A DNA stretch of 64,000 nt, taken from an uncultured delta proteobacterium. Its GTDB lineage: Bacteria; Desulfobacterota; BSN033; UBA1163. Below the pieces are notes generated by a model. That model did no database searches. It was not told the DNA's origin and saw only the letters and a program-made list of their open reading frames with translations. How positions within the stretch are numbered: position 1 is the stretch's first letter; each line of letters opens with the position of its first letter. This document shows, in pieces, positions 19,543-29,029 of the stretch. The stretch is taken from positions 192,001 to 256,000 of the forward strand of contig CAWHBU010000001.1 in NCBI GenBank assembly GCA_963827685.1, written 5' to 3'. A program made the position numbers and the translations under genes.

Positions 19543-20086
19543 TCAAATGATCTTTGCCTCCCTCATCATTTCCAGGGCGTGAAAGGCTGCAATGGGTGCT
19601 TTCACTGAAGGCTCGACGCCCTCCAATGAACTTAAGACTGGACCCAAATATTTTCTCAGCCCACCCTTTGCCATGTAATGGATCACATGGTGTGCCCCTT
19701 CTAAGCAAAGGTGAGTCCCCATGGTCTATTAACGCCTGAAGCAAAGCTTTCAACCCATTCATACCCAATCCAATCAACTCTTCAGCCGCCAACCATCGAA
19801 TGTCAAATTCTTCATCTTCGAGAGTTCTTAACAGCGCAGGAGCCACCTCTGGACCTCCGATCTCACAGAGAGCCTTCACTGATTCGCGCCTCACATGGTC
19901 GTCCTTTTGTTTCAAGGCCTCAATCAACGGAGGAACTGCGCTCCTTCCGATCGCCACAAGAGACTGGCGAGCATCCTTACGGCCGGAATCATTGTCACTG
20001 GAGAGGGTCATCATGAGCCGTTTAATAGTAAGGTCTGTATCCCCTGTCATATTTCCTTTGGCTGTATGAGGAACGGATTTACGCAT
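19543..20086 (-). pseudogene. HEAT/PBS-lyase repeat protein, frameshifted near 19700
   Basis: AVPPLIEAL..DDHVRRESVKAL, DIRWLAAE; continues GAHHVIHY...AAFHALEMMREAKII* in another frame. Confidence 0.7.
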
Positions 20087-20157
20087 AACTTTCTCCTTCC
20101 TTTTTGTAAGTGCTCAACGATTTTTAACATAAATACTAAATAACTTGCTAATGAATA

Positions 20158-20198
20158 AATAAGGCAAAATCCGTATTTCTTGTGTGGAAATACAGTAT
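20158..20198 (-). promoter_or_regulatory. Shared 41-bp operator-like motif, copy 1
   Basis: Aligns without gaps to 23978..24018 and 51920..51960. Confidence 0.6.
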
Positions 20199-20399
20199 AT
20201 TGGCTGATCGAGAATGGCTTTTTTCTTTGATCAACCGTTCCTTTCCGGAGTTTCATCTCCATAACATCCTACGGAGGATATTGTGCAAACATGTACGACT
20301 GGGCGTCGATCCTTGCACTTTCAACCATTGATGATTAAATAAAGAATAAAAATAGGTTTCCTTCACACTTTTCCGGTGAACAAAAAGGAGGAATGAGTT

Positions 20400-20966
20400 A
20401 TGGACAAGAAGGTACATATTTTGGGATTCGCAGGCAGTTTGAGAAAGCAATCTTACAACAGGGCCATCTTGGCAGCAGCGCTTGAGATGGTCCCTGACGA
20501 TGCATCTCTTGAGATCTTTGACCTCGAAGGGATCCCGCCCTTTAATCAAGACTTAGAACTTCAACCTCCGGATAAGGTCAAAGAGTTTAAAGGAAGAATC
20601 AGGGCAGCCGATGCCATCCTGATTGCTACCCCGGAATACAATTATTCAATCTCCGGGGTTCTGAAGAATGCTATTGACTGGGCTTCAAGACCTTATGGGG
20701 ACAATGCCTTCGATGGCAAACCTGTTGCCATGATGGGTGCATCCATAGGAATGTTAGGAACGGCGAGGGCACAGTATCATCTGCGACAGAGTTTCGTTTT
20801 TTTGAACATGCATCCCCTAAACCAGCCCGAAGTCATGGTCCCATTTGCAAATGAGAAAATTGACCAAAACGGGAAAGTCACAGACGAGAAGACGAAGAAA
20901 AAAATAGGTGAGCTACTCGAGAGCCTGGTGGTCTGGACCAAAAAACTGAAAAGTGAAAAGGGTTGA
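20400..20966 (+). CDS. NAD(P)H-dependent FMN reductase (ChrR/SsuE family)
   Basis: GSLRKQSYN, TPEYNYS.SGVLKNAIDW. Confidence 0.93.
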   Translation: MDKKVHILGFAGSLRKQSYNRAILAAALEMVPDDASLEIFDLEGIPPFNQDLELQPPDKVKEFKGRIRAADAILIATPEYNYSISGVLKNAIDWASRPYGDNAFDGKPVAMMGASIGMLGTARAQYHLRQSFVFLNMHPLNQPEVMVPFANEKIDQNGKVTDEKTKKKIGELLESLVVWTKKLKSEKG

Positions 20967-20982
20967 TTAAAATTTGCTCTTC

Positions 20983-21250
20983 TTATAAAAGATCTTCTTC
21001 GCCATCTCCGCTGCAACAATGTAGAAAACCACAACCGCGGCCAGTGTAATAAAGAATGGCATTGGCAAAGGTCGTCCTTACTTCGCGCACGCCTTCGACC
21101 AGCACATCCAGACCTTTTTCGATGAGTACAATTTCAGCCGTCTCTTTAGCAACATCCACAGCGCTGTCCACCGAGATCCCCACATCGGCAGAGTGGAGTA
21201 CAGAGGCATCATTGATCCCATCGCGCATATAACCGACCACATTTCCAGCC
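20983..21250 (-). pseudogene. Internal fragment of a Mg2+-importing P-type ATPase (MgtA-like)
   Basis: [11 protein letters not shown]...[16 protein letters not shown]...[11 protein letters not shown]; degenerate GDG; rest of gene absent. Confidence 0.8.
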
Positions 21251-21282
21251 TTTCTATTTCGCTCTGCACTCTGCGCTAAGCG

Positions 21283-22530
21283 CTATGCACCGTGGCCTTT
21301 CTCTTGAAGAAGCAGATCCAGGGCGCGCAATAGTTGGACATCTTGGCTTTCCCGCAGTTTCTCTGCTGTCAATTCCCTCTCCGCCACAGGAAGAAATGGT
21401 GTAACCTCTGGAGGGAGATGGACGACGACATCAGGAGAGATGCCGTGGTGCCAGATCACTTGCCCGGCAGGGGTCAGCCATTCTTCGATCGCCAACATCA
21501 GTGCTGAGCCGTCAGAGAGGGAAAATGTTTCAAGGACAGTGCCTGTGCCAAAAGTCTTTTCGCCTATGAGCTTAGCGCGACGCGCATCCTGTAATGCTCC
21601 CGCAACGATCTCTGCTCCACTACTTGTTCCGCCATTGATTAACACCACCAGCGGTAAGGAAGTGGCTACACCACCTGGCCTGACAGGAACGGGATGGATC
21701 TTCCCAACAGCATTTTTTTCCAGAAGCACATTACCCCCGGTCAGAAACTGGCTGGCTGCGGACACGGCCTCATCATAGAGACCTCCGGGATTATTTCGCA
21801 GGTCTAAGATAAGGCCGGTAATCCTCTCTTTCTCGATGGTAAATAGTACCTTTCGAAGATTTTCGGCAGCTCCTTTGCTGAAGGTCGCGATTCGCAAATG
21901 GACTGCCTTCGTACCTGGCAATTGATGCCATGTTACATTTTGGACCGTGATGGACGCACGGGTTAAGGTAACATCTTTAGTAGTGGTTGTCTTCAGATTG
22001 AGAATGGTGAGTTTCACCCGAGTTCCTGCCGGACCTAAAATCCGATCCACTGCCTGATCAAGGGGAAGACCACTCACATCTTGATCGTCCACTTTCAGGA
22101 TGATATCTCCGGGTTTGAGGCCTGCCTTCTGCGCAGGGGAGCCGTCGATGGGTGCAACGATGACGAGTTGGCCATTCTTCATCTGGACTTCAGCGCCAAT
22201 GCCTTCGAACCTGCCCCTTGCGAGGTTTCGCTCCTGTTTCAACATCTCTGGGGTGAGAAAGCGACTATGCCCAGTATCGCCAAGGGCATCGACCATACCA
22301 CTGATAGCGCCGTAGGTCATCCGTTGAGGTTTCACCGCATTCCGATCCACATAGACCCGTTGGATTGTATTCCACGCTTCTGCCATTAACCGAAAATTGG
22401 ACTCTGCGTCAGGAGGAATAGTGTCCGGCGCAAAGGCGATCAGCAGGCGACAACCCAGTATCGCGCCTCCGATCAGACCGAGGGAGAGGAAGGCGAGGTA
22501 CTGTATCCATCGGTAACGTCTATTTTTCAT
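21283..22530 (-). CDS. S41 carboxyl-terminal processing protease (PDZ)
   Basis: EGIGA, DLRNNPGG, SSGAEIVAGALQD, GEKTFGTG. Confidence 0.92.
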   Translation of the reverse strand: MKNRRYRWIQYLAFLSLGLIGGAILGCRLLIAFAPDTIPPDAESNFRLMAEAWNTIQRVYVDRNAVKPQRMTYGAISGMVDALGDTGHSRFLTPEMLKQERNLARGRFEGIGAEVQMKNGQLVIVAPIDGSPAQKAGLKPGDIILKVDDQDVSGLPLDQAVDRILGPAGTRVKLTILNLKTTTTKDVTLTRASITVQNVTWHQLPGTKAVHLRIATFSKGAAENLRKVLFTIEKERITGLILDLRNNPGGLYDEAVSAASQFLTGGNVLLEKNAVGKIHPVPVRPGGVATSLPLVVLINGGTSSGAEIVAGALQDARRAKLIGEKTFGTGTVLETFSLSDGSALMLAIEEWLTPAGQVIWHHGISPDVVVHLPPEVTPFLPVAERELTAEKLRESQDVQLLRALDLLLQEKGHGA

Positions 22531-22635
22531 CGCTCCTCCTTCCGAGCCAGGGCGGAAAGGCCAGCTCTTCCTGAGAGTTTGTCAATCAGGAGATTCGAAA
22601 AGGGTTTCTTAAAATTTTCTTATAATATTTCAGGT

Positions 22636-23963
22636 CAGTGCTGTCCGGTTAAGAATTGAATAAAGACAATTGGTTACAGAAATCGGGTTTTTTAATATCA
22701 TCAAAAAAACCTGAAAGCACCTGATAAATGGGGTTTTTCTCGAATAAAGTGATGCTCAAGATTTGCAGGATTTCGTTGAGACTTCGGTCGAGTTTCAATT
22801 CTTTCTTGATAATAGCGGAGAGAACATAAATACTTATTGCAATCCAGATTTGGGTTTTCACTGCATTCTCGGAGGTTCCATAAAAGGATTTGATTCGAAG
22901 GTGCTGTTTGATCCACTTGAAGAAGAGTTCCACCTGCCAGCGGCATTTGTACAGTTGGGTAATGGTCAGAGGGTTGAGCATAAAATTGTTTGTCAGGAAT
23001 ACGAATCGTTTGGACGTTACGATATCGAAATAGCTGATCCGGCGAAGGGGATCGGGATATTCCTGGGAGGTCTTTGGGCCATTGAGAAGAATCGTTTGAT
23101 CGCTTCGGAGTCCCGTGGTTTTGTCGACGAGGCGGTAGCTTCGACGAGTGCAATCGAGATTTCTCTTGGCGCGAATGATAAAGAAGGCTGAATGGAGGGC
23201 GAACACATACAGGCGGGCAAAATCGATATAGCCGCGATCCATAATGTAAAAAGAGCCAGGCTCTAAGATCAATTGGTCGAGGAGATTGACGTCGTGAACA
23301 TTGCCTTCGGTAACGCGGATAAAGCAGGGGATACTGCCATGGAGGTCCATCAGCGTATGGAGTTTGATGGCGCCTTTGCGTTTGCGAAAATGGGCCCAAG
23401 GAAAAAGCGAGAGACAGAGATCGATCGTCGTCGAATCGAAGGCATAGGCGGCTTGATCCAAGAGCACGCCGAAATCTTCTTTGGCATACAGGTACCTTGC
23501 TCTTCGGATCAGCACTTGAGCAAAATCGGCGTAGATCCGCCAGTCTCTGTTTTCGTTGGCTTCGGCCAGGGTGCTTCGAGCGACTTTGCTCCGAATCCCT
23601 ACATGGTAGAGTTTGGACTGCAAGGCGCGCAAGCACGTTTCGGTCTCGCGAAGACTTTCTCGGTAAGTAAGCTGGGCGAAGGCCATGCAGAGAAATTGAT
23701 CGAAACAGGAAAATCTTCGGACTCGGTAATTGCCTTGGTATCTTCGCACACACTTGTTGAATTCGTGTTTGGGCAGAAAGTTTATGAGTTGTGAAAAGAT
23801 CATTCGTCCACAGTGCATTGACCATTCCTTTCCACTCTGAGATGGAAGTATTATGGCCAATAAAAGCAGACGATCTGAAATCGAAAACGGTCATTGTTAT
23901 GTTTATCCTATTAACATTGTTTAACATTGTCAGTTTTTAAAAATCCTTAACCGGACAGTACTG
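22636..23963 (-). mobile_element. Complete IS4-family insertion sequence, 1328 bp
   Basis: Terminal IRs CAGTGCTGTCCGGTTAAG / CAGTACTGTCCGGTTAAG (17/18); target duplication ATTTCAGGT at 22627-22635 and 23964-23972. Confidence 0.95.
22649..23818 (-). CDS. IS4-family DDE transposase
   Basis: FDSTTIDL, MDRGY, YKCRWQVELFFKWIKQHL (YREK signature). Confidence 0.95.
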   Translation of the reverse strand: MHCGRMIFSQLINFLPKHEFNKCVRRYQGNYRVRRFSCFDQFLCMAFAQLTYRESLRETETCLRALQSKLYHVGIRSKVARSTLAEANENRDWRIYADFAQVLIRRARYLYAKEDFGVLLDQAAYAFDSTTIDLCLSLFPWAHFRKRKGAIKLHTLMDLHGSIPCFIRVTEGNVHDVNLLDQLILEPGSFYIMDRGYIDFARLYVFALHSAFFIIRAKRNLDCTRRSYRLVDKTTGLRSDQTILLNGPKTSQEYPDPLRRISYFDIVTSKRFVFLTNNFMLNPLTITQLYKCRWQVELFFKWIKQHLRIKSFYGTSENAVKTQIWIAISIYVLSAIIKKELKLDRSLNEILQILSITLFEKNPIYQVLSGFFDDIKKPDFCNQLSLFNS

Positions 23964-23977
23964 ATTTCAGGTAATAA

Positions 23978-24018
23978 AATGGGGGGAAATCCGTATTTTA
24001 TGTCAGGAAAGGCTGTAT
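23978..24018 (-). promoter_or_regulatory. Shared 41-bp operator-like motif, copy 2 (separated from the S41 gene by the IS)
   Basis: ATACAGCCTTTCCTGACATAAAATACGGATTTCCCCCCATT in gene sense. Confidence 0.6.
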
Positions 24019-24153
24019 CTCAAACGGGTTTGAATGAAATTTGAAGGTCACAAATGATTTCCAAATATGACTTCACCTACTTCAATTGGAATCTTAAGGT
24101 TGGTTTTCGTATTGAAAGGGGTGATTAAGAAGAAAGAACTCGATCAACAAAAA

Positions 24154-25146
24154 CTAATAATAATTTTCTTTTCCAACTTTACCTCTGAAAACGATGTAGC
24201 TATAAACCGTATACCCTAATACCAAGGGCAAAACAATAATCACTCCCCAAAGGGTGAAGCGCAGGGTTTCTTGTTGTGCCGCCGCTTCCCGAAAGGTGAT
24301 GCTGGGAGGGACGGCATAAGGGTAAATGGAGGCGATGAGACCGAGATATCCCGCGAAGTAAAAGATGACGCTGGAAAAAAAGGGCAGGATCTCACGCCGG
24401 GCTTTCAGGCTTTTGATAAGTGTATAGAAGGCTGCGAGGCCCAGCATGGGGAAGGTCCAGATAAAATAGATTCTGGGTGGACTAAGCCAATTTTTCAAAG
24501 CCGAAGGATAGTGGAAAGGTGTCCAAATGGTAACCAAGATTTGGAATCCCAACACAATAAATGCCGTCCAGAGGGCGCAACGATAGGCCCGTTCTTGGAT
24601 CGCTCCGCTGGTTTTAATGATGAGATAGGTGGACCCCAGGAGGATGTAGCCAGCAATCAATGCAAGGCTCACCATCATTGAGAAAGGGTTCATCCAGTCG
24701 AAGGGGCCACCTGCGAATTGACTTCCTACCACCTTCATTCCAGAAAGAATGCCGCCAAGGGTCAAACCCTGAGCGATCACAGCAACCAGACTTCCGAAGA
24801 AGAAAGCCATATTCCAAGGTCCTTTTCGAGTTGCATTCGCCCGGAACTCAAAGGTCACACCACGAAAGATCAGGCCGAAGACGAAGGTGAGAAGAGGGAT
24901 GTAAAGGCCGCTGAAAAGAACGCCATAGATCATAGGAAAGGCGACAAAAAGGGCTCCTCCGCCAAATACCAACCAGGTCTGATTCGCATCCCATACCGGG
25001 GCAATGCTCCCCATCAATATATCTCGTTCTTCCTCGTCCCGGGCGGCTGGAAACAACATGGCTATCCCCAGGCTGAAACCATCAAGGAGGATGTAGAGGA
25101 TGATGGCCAGAGCTAACAAGCAAGACCATATGACGATGAGATCCAT
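24154..25146 (-). CDS. cydB: Cytochrome bd oxidase subunit II
   Basis: LDGFSLG, PVWDANQTWLV, RGVTFEFR, YIVFRGKV. Confidence 0.96.
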   Translation of the reverse strand: MDLIVIWSCLLALAIILYILLDGFSLGIAMLFPAARDEEERDILMGSIAPVWDANQTWLVFGGGALFVAFPMIYGVLFSGLYIPLLTFVFGLIFRGVTFEFRANATRKGPWNMAFFFGSLVAVIAQGLTLGGILSGMKVVGSQFAGGPFDWMNPFSMMVSLALIAGYILLGSTYLIIKTSGAIQERAYRCALWTAFIVLGFQILVTIWTPFHYPSALKNWLSPPRIYFIWTFPMLGLAAFYTLIKSLKARREILPFFSSVIFYFAGYLGLIASIYPYAVPPSITFREAAAQQETLRFTLWGVIIVLPLVLGYTVYSYIVFRGKVGKENYY

Positions 25147-25271
25147 ACTTTACCTTTGCAAGAACAGTCTCTTGATTTGAAATTACAAATTCCAAGTTCC
25201 AAATCCCAAATAAGGTCCAAACGCTAATTTCAAATGGCCGAAACGATTTCGTTTGAGATTCAAAATTTTGG

Positions 25272-26711
25272 TCATTGGGATTTGTTTGTTATTTGGTGCT
25301 TGGGATTTGGTGCTTTACTTAACTCTGCTTCCATTTTGCCCTTGACCTCTTGAAGGGGGCGCATGCCTGCCGGTAGCTGAACGGGTGGAATGGGGCTGGC
25401 GAGATCCGGCCCCCGCGACAATGTCTTGAGGACGTAATAAAAATAGCTTGCCCCAACGACTGGGAAGATGATCAGAAAGAGGCTCAAAGACCAGATGACA
25501 TTCCCTTCTGGAATCGGAGAAACACCTTCAGCTGTTCGCATGAGATGATAGACCAGCCATGGCTGCCGGCCCACCTCATTGGTCACCCAGCCCAGCTCGG
25601 TGGCGATAAAACCCAGGGGGTGGAGAATCAAGAGGGTTCTCAGGAATGGACGGTGGTCATAGAGATGCCCCCGTCGCCACAGAACTGCAGCCCAAACCAT
25701 AACAAAGAAAAGGATGAACCCGATCGCCACCATCAACCTGAAGCTCCAGAATAGGATGAAGACATTAGGACGATCGTTCCGTGGAAACTCCTTAAGCCCC
25801 GGGACTCGACCATCAAAAGAATGGGTCACCAGCAGGCTAAGACCATTGGGAATATTCATCTCAAAGAGATTCTTCTCTGCTTTCATCTCTGGAAGGGCGA
25901 CAACTGCAAATGAGGCTCCTCCCTCTGTATTGGTTTCCCAATGAGCTTCCATGGCTGCCAATTTTGCCGGTTCATGATCGAAGACTTGACGGCCGCTCAC
26001 ATCACCCAGATAAATCTGAAGGGGTGCGAAAAAGGAGGCCATCACTAAGGAGATGGCTAAAGAGCGTCGGAAAACGGCCGTCTGTTTCTCTTTCAGAAGA
26101 TAGTAAGCACTGATTCCGGCTACGACGAAAGCAGATGTCTCAAAAGAAGCCATCGTCATGTGACCCATTCGGGCAAACACGGAAGGGTTGAAGATGGCGG
26201 CTGAGAAATCGGTGACCATAAACTTTCCGTTCACGAGTTTGTAGCCGGCCGGGGTATGCATCCAGGAGTTCCCAGCCAGAATCCAGAAGGCAGAGAGGAT
26301 GGATCCCAGTGCCACCAGGCAGGTTGCAAGAAAATGGATGCTACGACGGACCCTTTCCCAGCCGAAGAGCATGATGCCGAGGAAACCGGCCTCCAGGAAG
26401 AAGGCGGTCATGACCTCAAAACCCAAGAGAGGAGAAAAGACGTTGCTCACCATTTGGGAAAAACGAGAGAAATTGGTACCGAATTCGAACTCCAACACAA
26501 TCCCGGAGACTACTCCCACTCCGAAATTGATGGCGAAGATCTTCACCCAGAAGCGGTACATCCGGTAATAGATCTCCTGCTTCGTCATTAACCAAAGAAG
26601 TTCCACGACTACCAGGTAGAGGGCGAGGCCAATCGTCAACACCGGAAACAGAATGTGGAACATGGTGGTTACAGCAAACTGAATTCGAGAGAGAAAAACG
26701 ACATCCATCAC
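25272..26711 (-). CDS. cydA: Cytochrome bd oxidase subunit I
   Basis: SRIQFA...FHILF, FEFGTN, PAKLAAMEA, EVGRQPW. Confidence 0.96.
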   Translation of the reverse strand: MMDVVFLSRIQFAVTTMFHILFPVLTIGLALYLVVVELLWLMTKQEIYYRMYRFWVKIFAINFGVGVVSGIVLEFEFGTNFSRFSQMVSNVFSPLLGFEVMTAFFLEAGFLGIMLFGWERVRRSIHFLATCLVALGSILSAFWILAGNSWMHTPAGYKLVNGKFMVTDFSAAIFNPSVFARMGHMTMASFETSAFVVAGISAYYLLKEKQTAVFRRSLAISLVMASFFAPLQIYLGDVSGRQVFDHEPAKLAAMEAHWETNTEGGASFAVVALPEMKAEKNLFEMNIPNGLSLLVTHSFDGRVPGLKEFPRNDRPNVFILFWSFRLMVAIGFILFFVMVWAAVLWRRGHLYDHRPFLRTLLILHPLGFIATELGWVTNEVGRQPWLVYHLMRTAEGVSPIPEGNVIWSLSLFLIIFPVVGASYFYYVLKTLSRGPDLASPIPPVQLPAGMRPLQEVKGKMEAELSKAPNPKHQITNKSQ

Positions 26712-26736
26712 CGACTCCTTCAGAATGATCCTTGCT

Positions 26737-27450
26737 TCATCTCAGCCTTCCCTCTACCGCCTTCCACTGGATATTCTTGAAGAAGGCTTCAATATAATCG
26801 GCCCTCTTCAACCCATAATCGATCATAAAGGCATGTTCAAAGACATCCAAAATTAAGAGGGGCGTGCAACCAGCAGGGTGTCCCACATCATGCTCATTGA
26901 TCCAGAAGTTGAACAGTTTTCCTGTGAGTGGATCCTGATAGAGAATGGCCCAACCGATCCCTCGCATCGCCCCGACGGCCCTGAATTCCTTTTCCCAGTT
27001 GTCGAGACTTCCAAACTCTTCAGAGATTTTTTTGAACAACTTTCCTGTTTTTTCCAACGCTCCCTTTCCCCCCAGATTTTCGAAGTAATATTCATGAAGC
27101 CTCATTCCGTTGAATTCCCATCCAAATCGCCTCTTCAACTCAGCAAACTCCAGAGAGCCCACTTTTCCCTCCTTGAGCATCTGGTTGAGGATTTCGACGA
27201 GTTTATTCGTATTCGTGACGTAACCCTGGTAAAGGGTGAAGTGGTTTTTTAAAAGGGTGTCGCTGAATCCTTCCATTCCCAAAAGCCGGCTGTAATCTTT
27301 AGTGATATAAGAGATCTTTTCCTCCTTTTTCATTTGAGCGAAAGAGAGGTCGGGTTGCCCGGACAGAAGGGCGATGCTTCCAAGGCCCGACAAGAATAAA
27401 AACTGGCGTCGATCGAAAACCCATGTTTTTAAAATCTCCTTTGTTACCAT
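26737..27450 (-). CDS. Fe/Mn superoxide dismutase family protein with Tat-like signal
   Basis: NHFTLYQGYV, NGMRLHEYYF, DVFEHAF; N-terminal DRRQFL. Confidence 0.9.
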   Translation of the reverse strand: MVTKEILKTWVFDRRQFLFLSGLGSIALLSGQPDLSFAQMKKEEKISYITKDYSRLLGMEGFSDTLLKNHFTLYQGYVTNTNKLVEILNQMLKEGKVGSLEFAELKRRFGWEFNGMRLHEYYFENLGGKGALEKTGKLFKKISEEFGSLDNWEKEFRAVGAMRGIGWAILYQDPLTGKLFNFWINEHDVGHPAGCTPLLILDVFEHAFMIDYGLKRADYIEAFFKNIQWKAVEGRLR

Positions 27451-27517
27451 TGCGTCATCCCTCCTGTCTTCTTTATTCCTCTTTTCTTGAAATGCGTGGC
27501 ATGGAAAAAGTCCCGAA

Positions 27518-28522
27518 TTATCCTTCTTTCAGGAATTGAGCCGTCTCCTCAGGGAAGGCAATGTTGATAAAGATGCCCGATCCCATTTCAAATCCAGCAG
27601 AGGTGGTCAGCCTCGGAGTAAGCTGAAGATGCCAATGATAGTAATCTTCCCATTCATCTTTGATAGGAGCGGTATGGATAACATAGTTATAAGGGGGATC
27701 ATTCAGTTTGGAATAGAGTTTCAACACGGTTGCCTTTAGAACCTTTGCAAAGGTTTTAGAATCCTCCATAGAGATTAAACCGTAAGAGGCCTGATGGTCT
27801 TTGGGAATGATCCAGGTTTCAAAAGGAAACCGAGATGCAAAGGGCTGGAGGACGACAAATTTCTCGGTATTCATCACAATCCTCTTGCCAAAGCTGAGTT
27901 CCTCTTGAATCGAATCACAATAGACACATCTTCCGTGGTCATCGTAATATCGGGCTGCCTCCTCCAACTTTTTCCGGATATTGGACGGAACAACAGCGGT
28001 TCCAACAATTTGAGAATGAGTGTGCTCGAGTGATGTTCCCGCAGCCTCACCGTGATTCTTAAAGATGATGATCAGTTTGATCCTCGGATCCTCCCGGATG
28101 GCAAGATATCTCTCGCGATAAGCGAGGAGAACCTCTTCCACCTGTTTATCATCCATCAGAGGAAAAAGTTGATTATGAATAGGGCTTCCAATCACCACCT
28201 CGTGGATTCCTACCCCGTCCATCATCCGGAAGAACCCTTTCTCTTCTTTCCTTTCCAAACTTCCTTCTGGAGATAGAGCTGGAAATTTATTGGGTATCAC
28301 CCTTACCCACCATCCTTTACTATCCGCCGGACCGCTGCTTCGATAAGCGAGGGTTTCATGAGGAGTCAAGTATTCATTGCCTGGGCAGAACGGACAGTTC
28401 TCTTTGTAGGGAGGTTTCTCGATGGAGGGCTCAATCCTCTTAAGCTCATGGGGTCTTCTTGAACGCTCTGATGCGATGATGACCCATTCCTTCGTTGTAG
28501 GGTCCTGTCTCAATTGGGGCAT
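27518..28522 (-). CDS. galT: Galactose-1-phosphate uridylyltransferase family
   Basis: ERSRRP, CPFCPGNE, NKFPAL, GTSLEHTHSQ. Confidence 0.9.
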   Translation of the reverse strand: MPQLRQDPTTKEWVIIASERSRRPHELKRIEPSIEKPPYKENCPFCPGNEYLTPHETLAYRSSGPADSKGWWVRVIPNKFPALSPEGSLERKEEKGFFRMMDGVGIHEVVIGSPIHNQLFPLMDDKQVEEVLLAYRERYLAIREDPRIKLIIIFKNHGEAAGTSLEHTHSQIVGTAVVPSNIRKKLEEAARYYDDHGRCVYCDSIQEELSFGKRIVMNTEKFVVLQPFASRFPFETWIIPKDHQASYGLISMEDSKTFAKVLKATVLKLYSKLNDPPYNYVIHTAPIKDEWEDYYHWHLQLTPRLTTSAGFEMGSGIFINIAFPEETAQFLKEG

Positions 28523-28630
28523 AGTGACCTTTCCTTAAATGCGGAGTGCCAAATGCGGAATTCTGTAATCCAAAAGTCTTTAAACAAATTGTTTTCCAAT
28601 CCGCATTCTGCATCCCGAAATATGAAGGCC

Positions 28631-28792
28631 TTAACCTAAGGCCAGGAGTAACCCTACCACCGCACCCAGCGGAATGGAGATGTAGGGGTTACAGGTAAGG
28701 GCTCAGGAACTTCCGATGGTCCGGAAAAGATAGCTTATACCAAACCCTACAGAACCCCCTATGAGCATACTCAAAAGAATCTTGAGAACCAT
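28631..28792 (-). CDS. Candidate 53-aa selenoprotein (two TM helices, UxxxC loop)
   Basis: RBS AAGGAG; MVLKILLSMLIGGSVGFGISYLFRTIGSS-UGA-ALTCNPYISIPLGAVVGLLLALG-UAA; hairpin after UGA. Confidence 0.72.
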
Positions 28793-28866
28793 GAAACTCT
28801 CCTTATAAAAAGAGTATCATCCTGTTGCCAATAATTCAAGAAAAACGATTTTCAAGATGAAAAGGC

Positions 28867-28896
28867 TTGTATTCGCCGGAAAAGGTGAAGTATAAT
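28867..28896 (+). promoter_or_regulatory. sigma70-like promoter for the cytochrome b5 gene
   Basis: TTGTAT-N18-TATAAT. Confidence 0.45.
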
Positions 28897-29029
28897 TTTT
28901 TTAGTTTTAGATGGAGAATGCAAGAACATGTTCGAGGAATGAGGATTGAGGAGTCAGGGAATTCAAAAATTCACGAATTGAGGTATTCAAGGAGTTGAAA
29001 TTCCTAAGTCCGAAATGGATGCAGGTAAA

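Noticed and set aside
25175-25312. Repeat tracts as CRISPR arrays
   Set aside because: Units are 7-8 nt and degenerate, with no spacers and no cas genes
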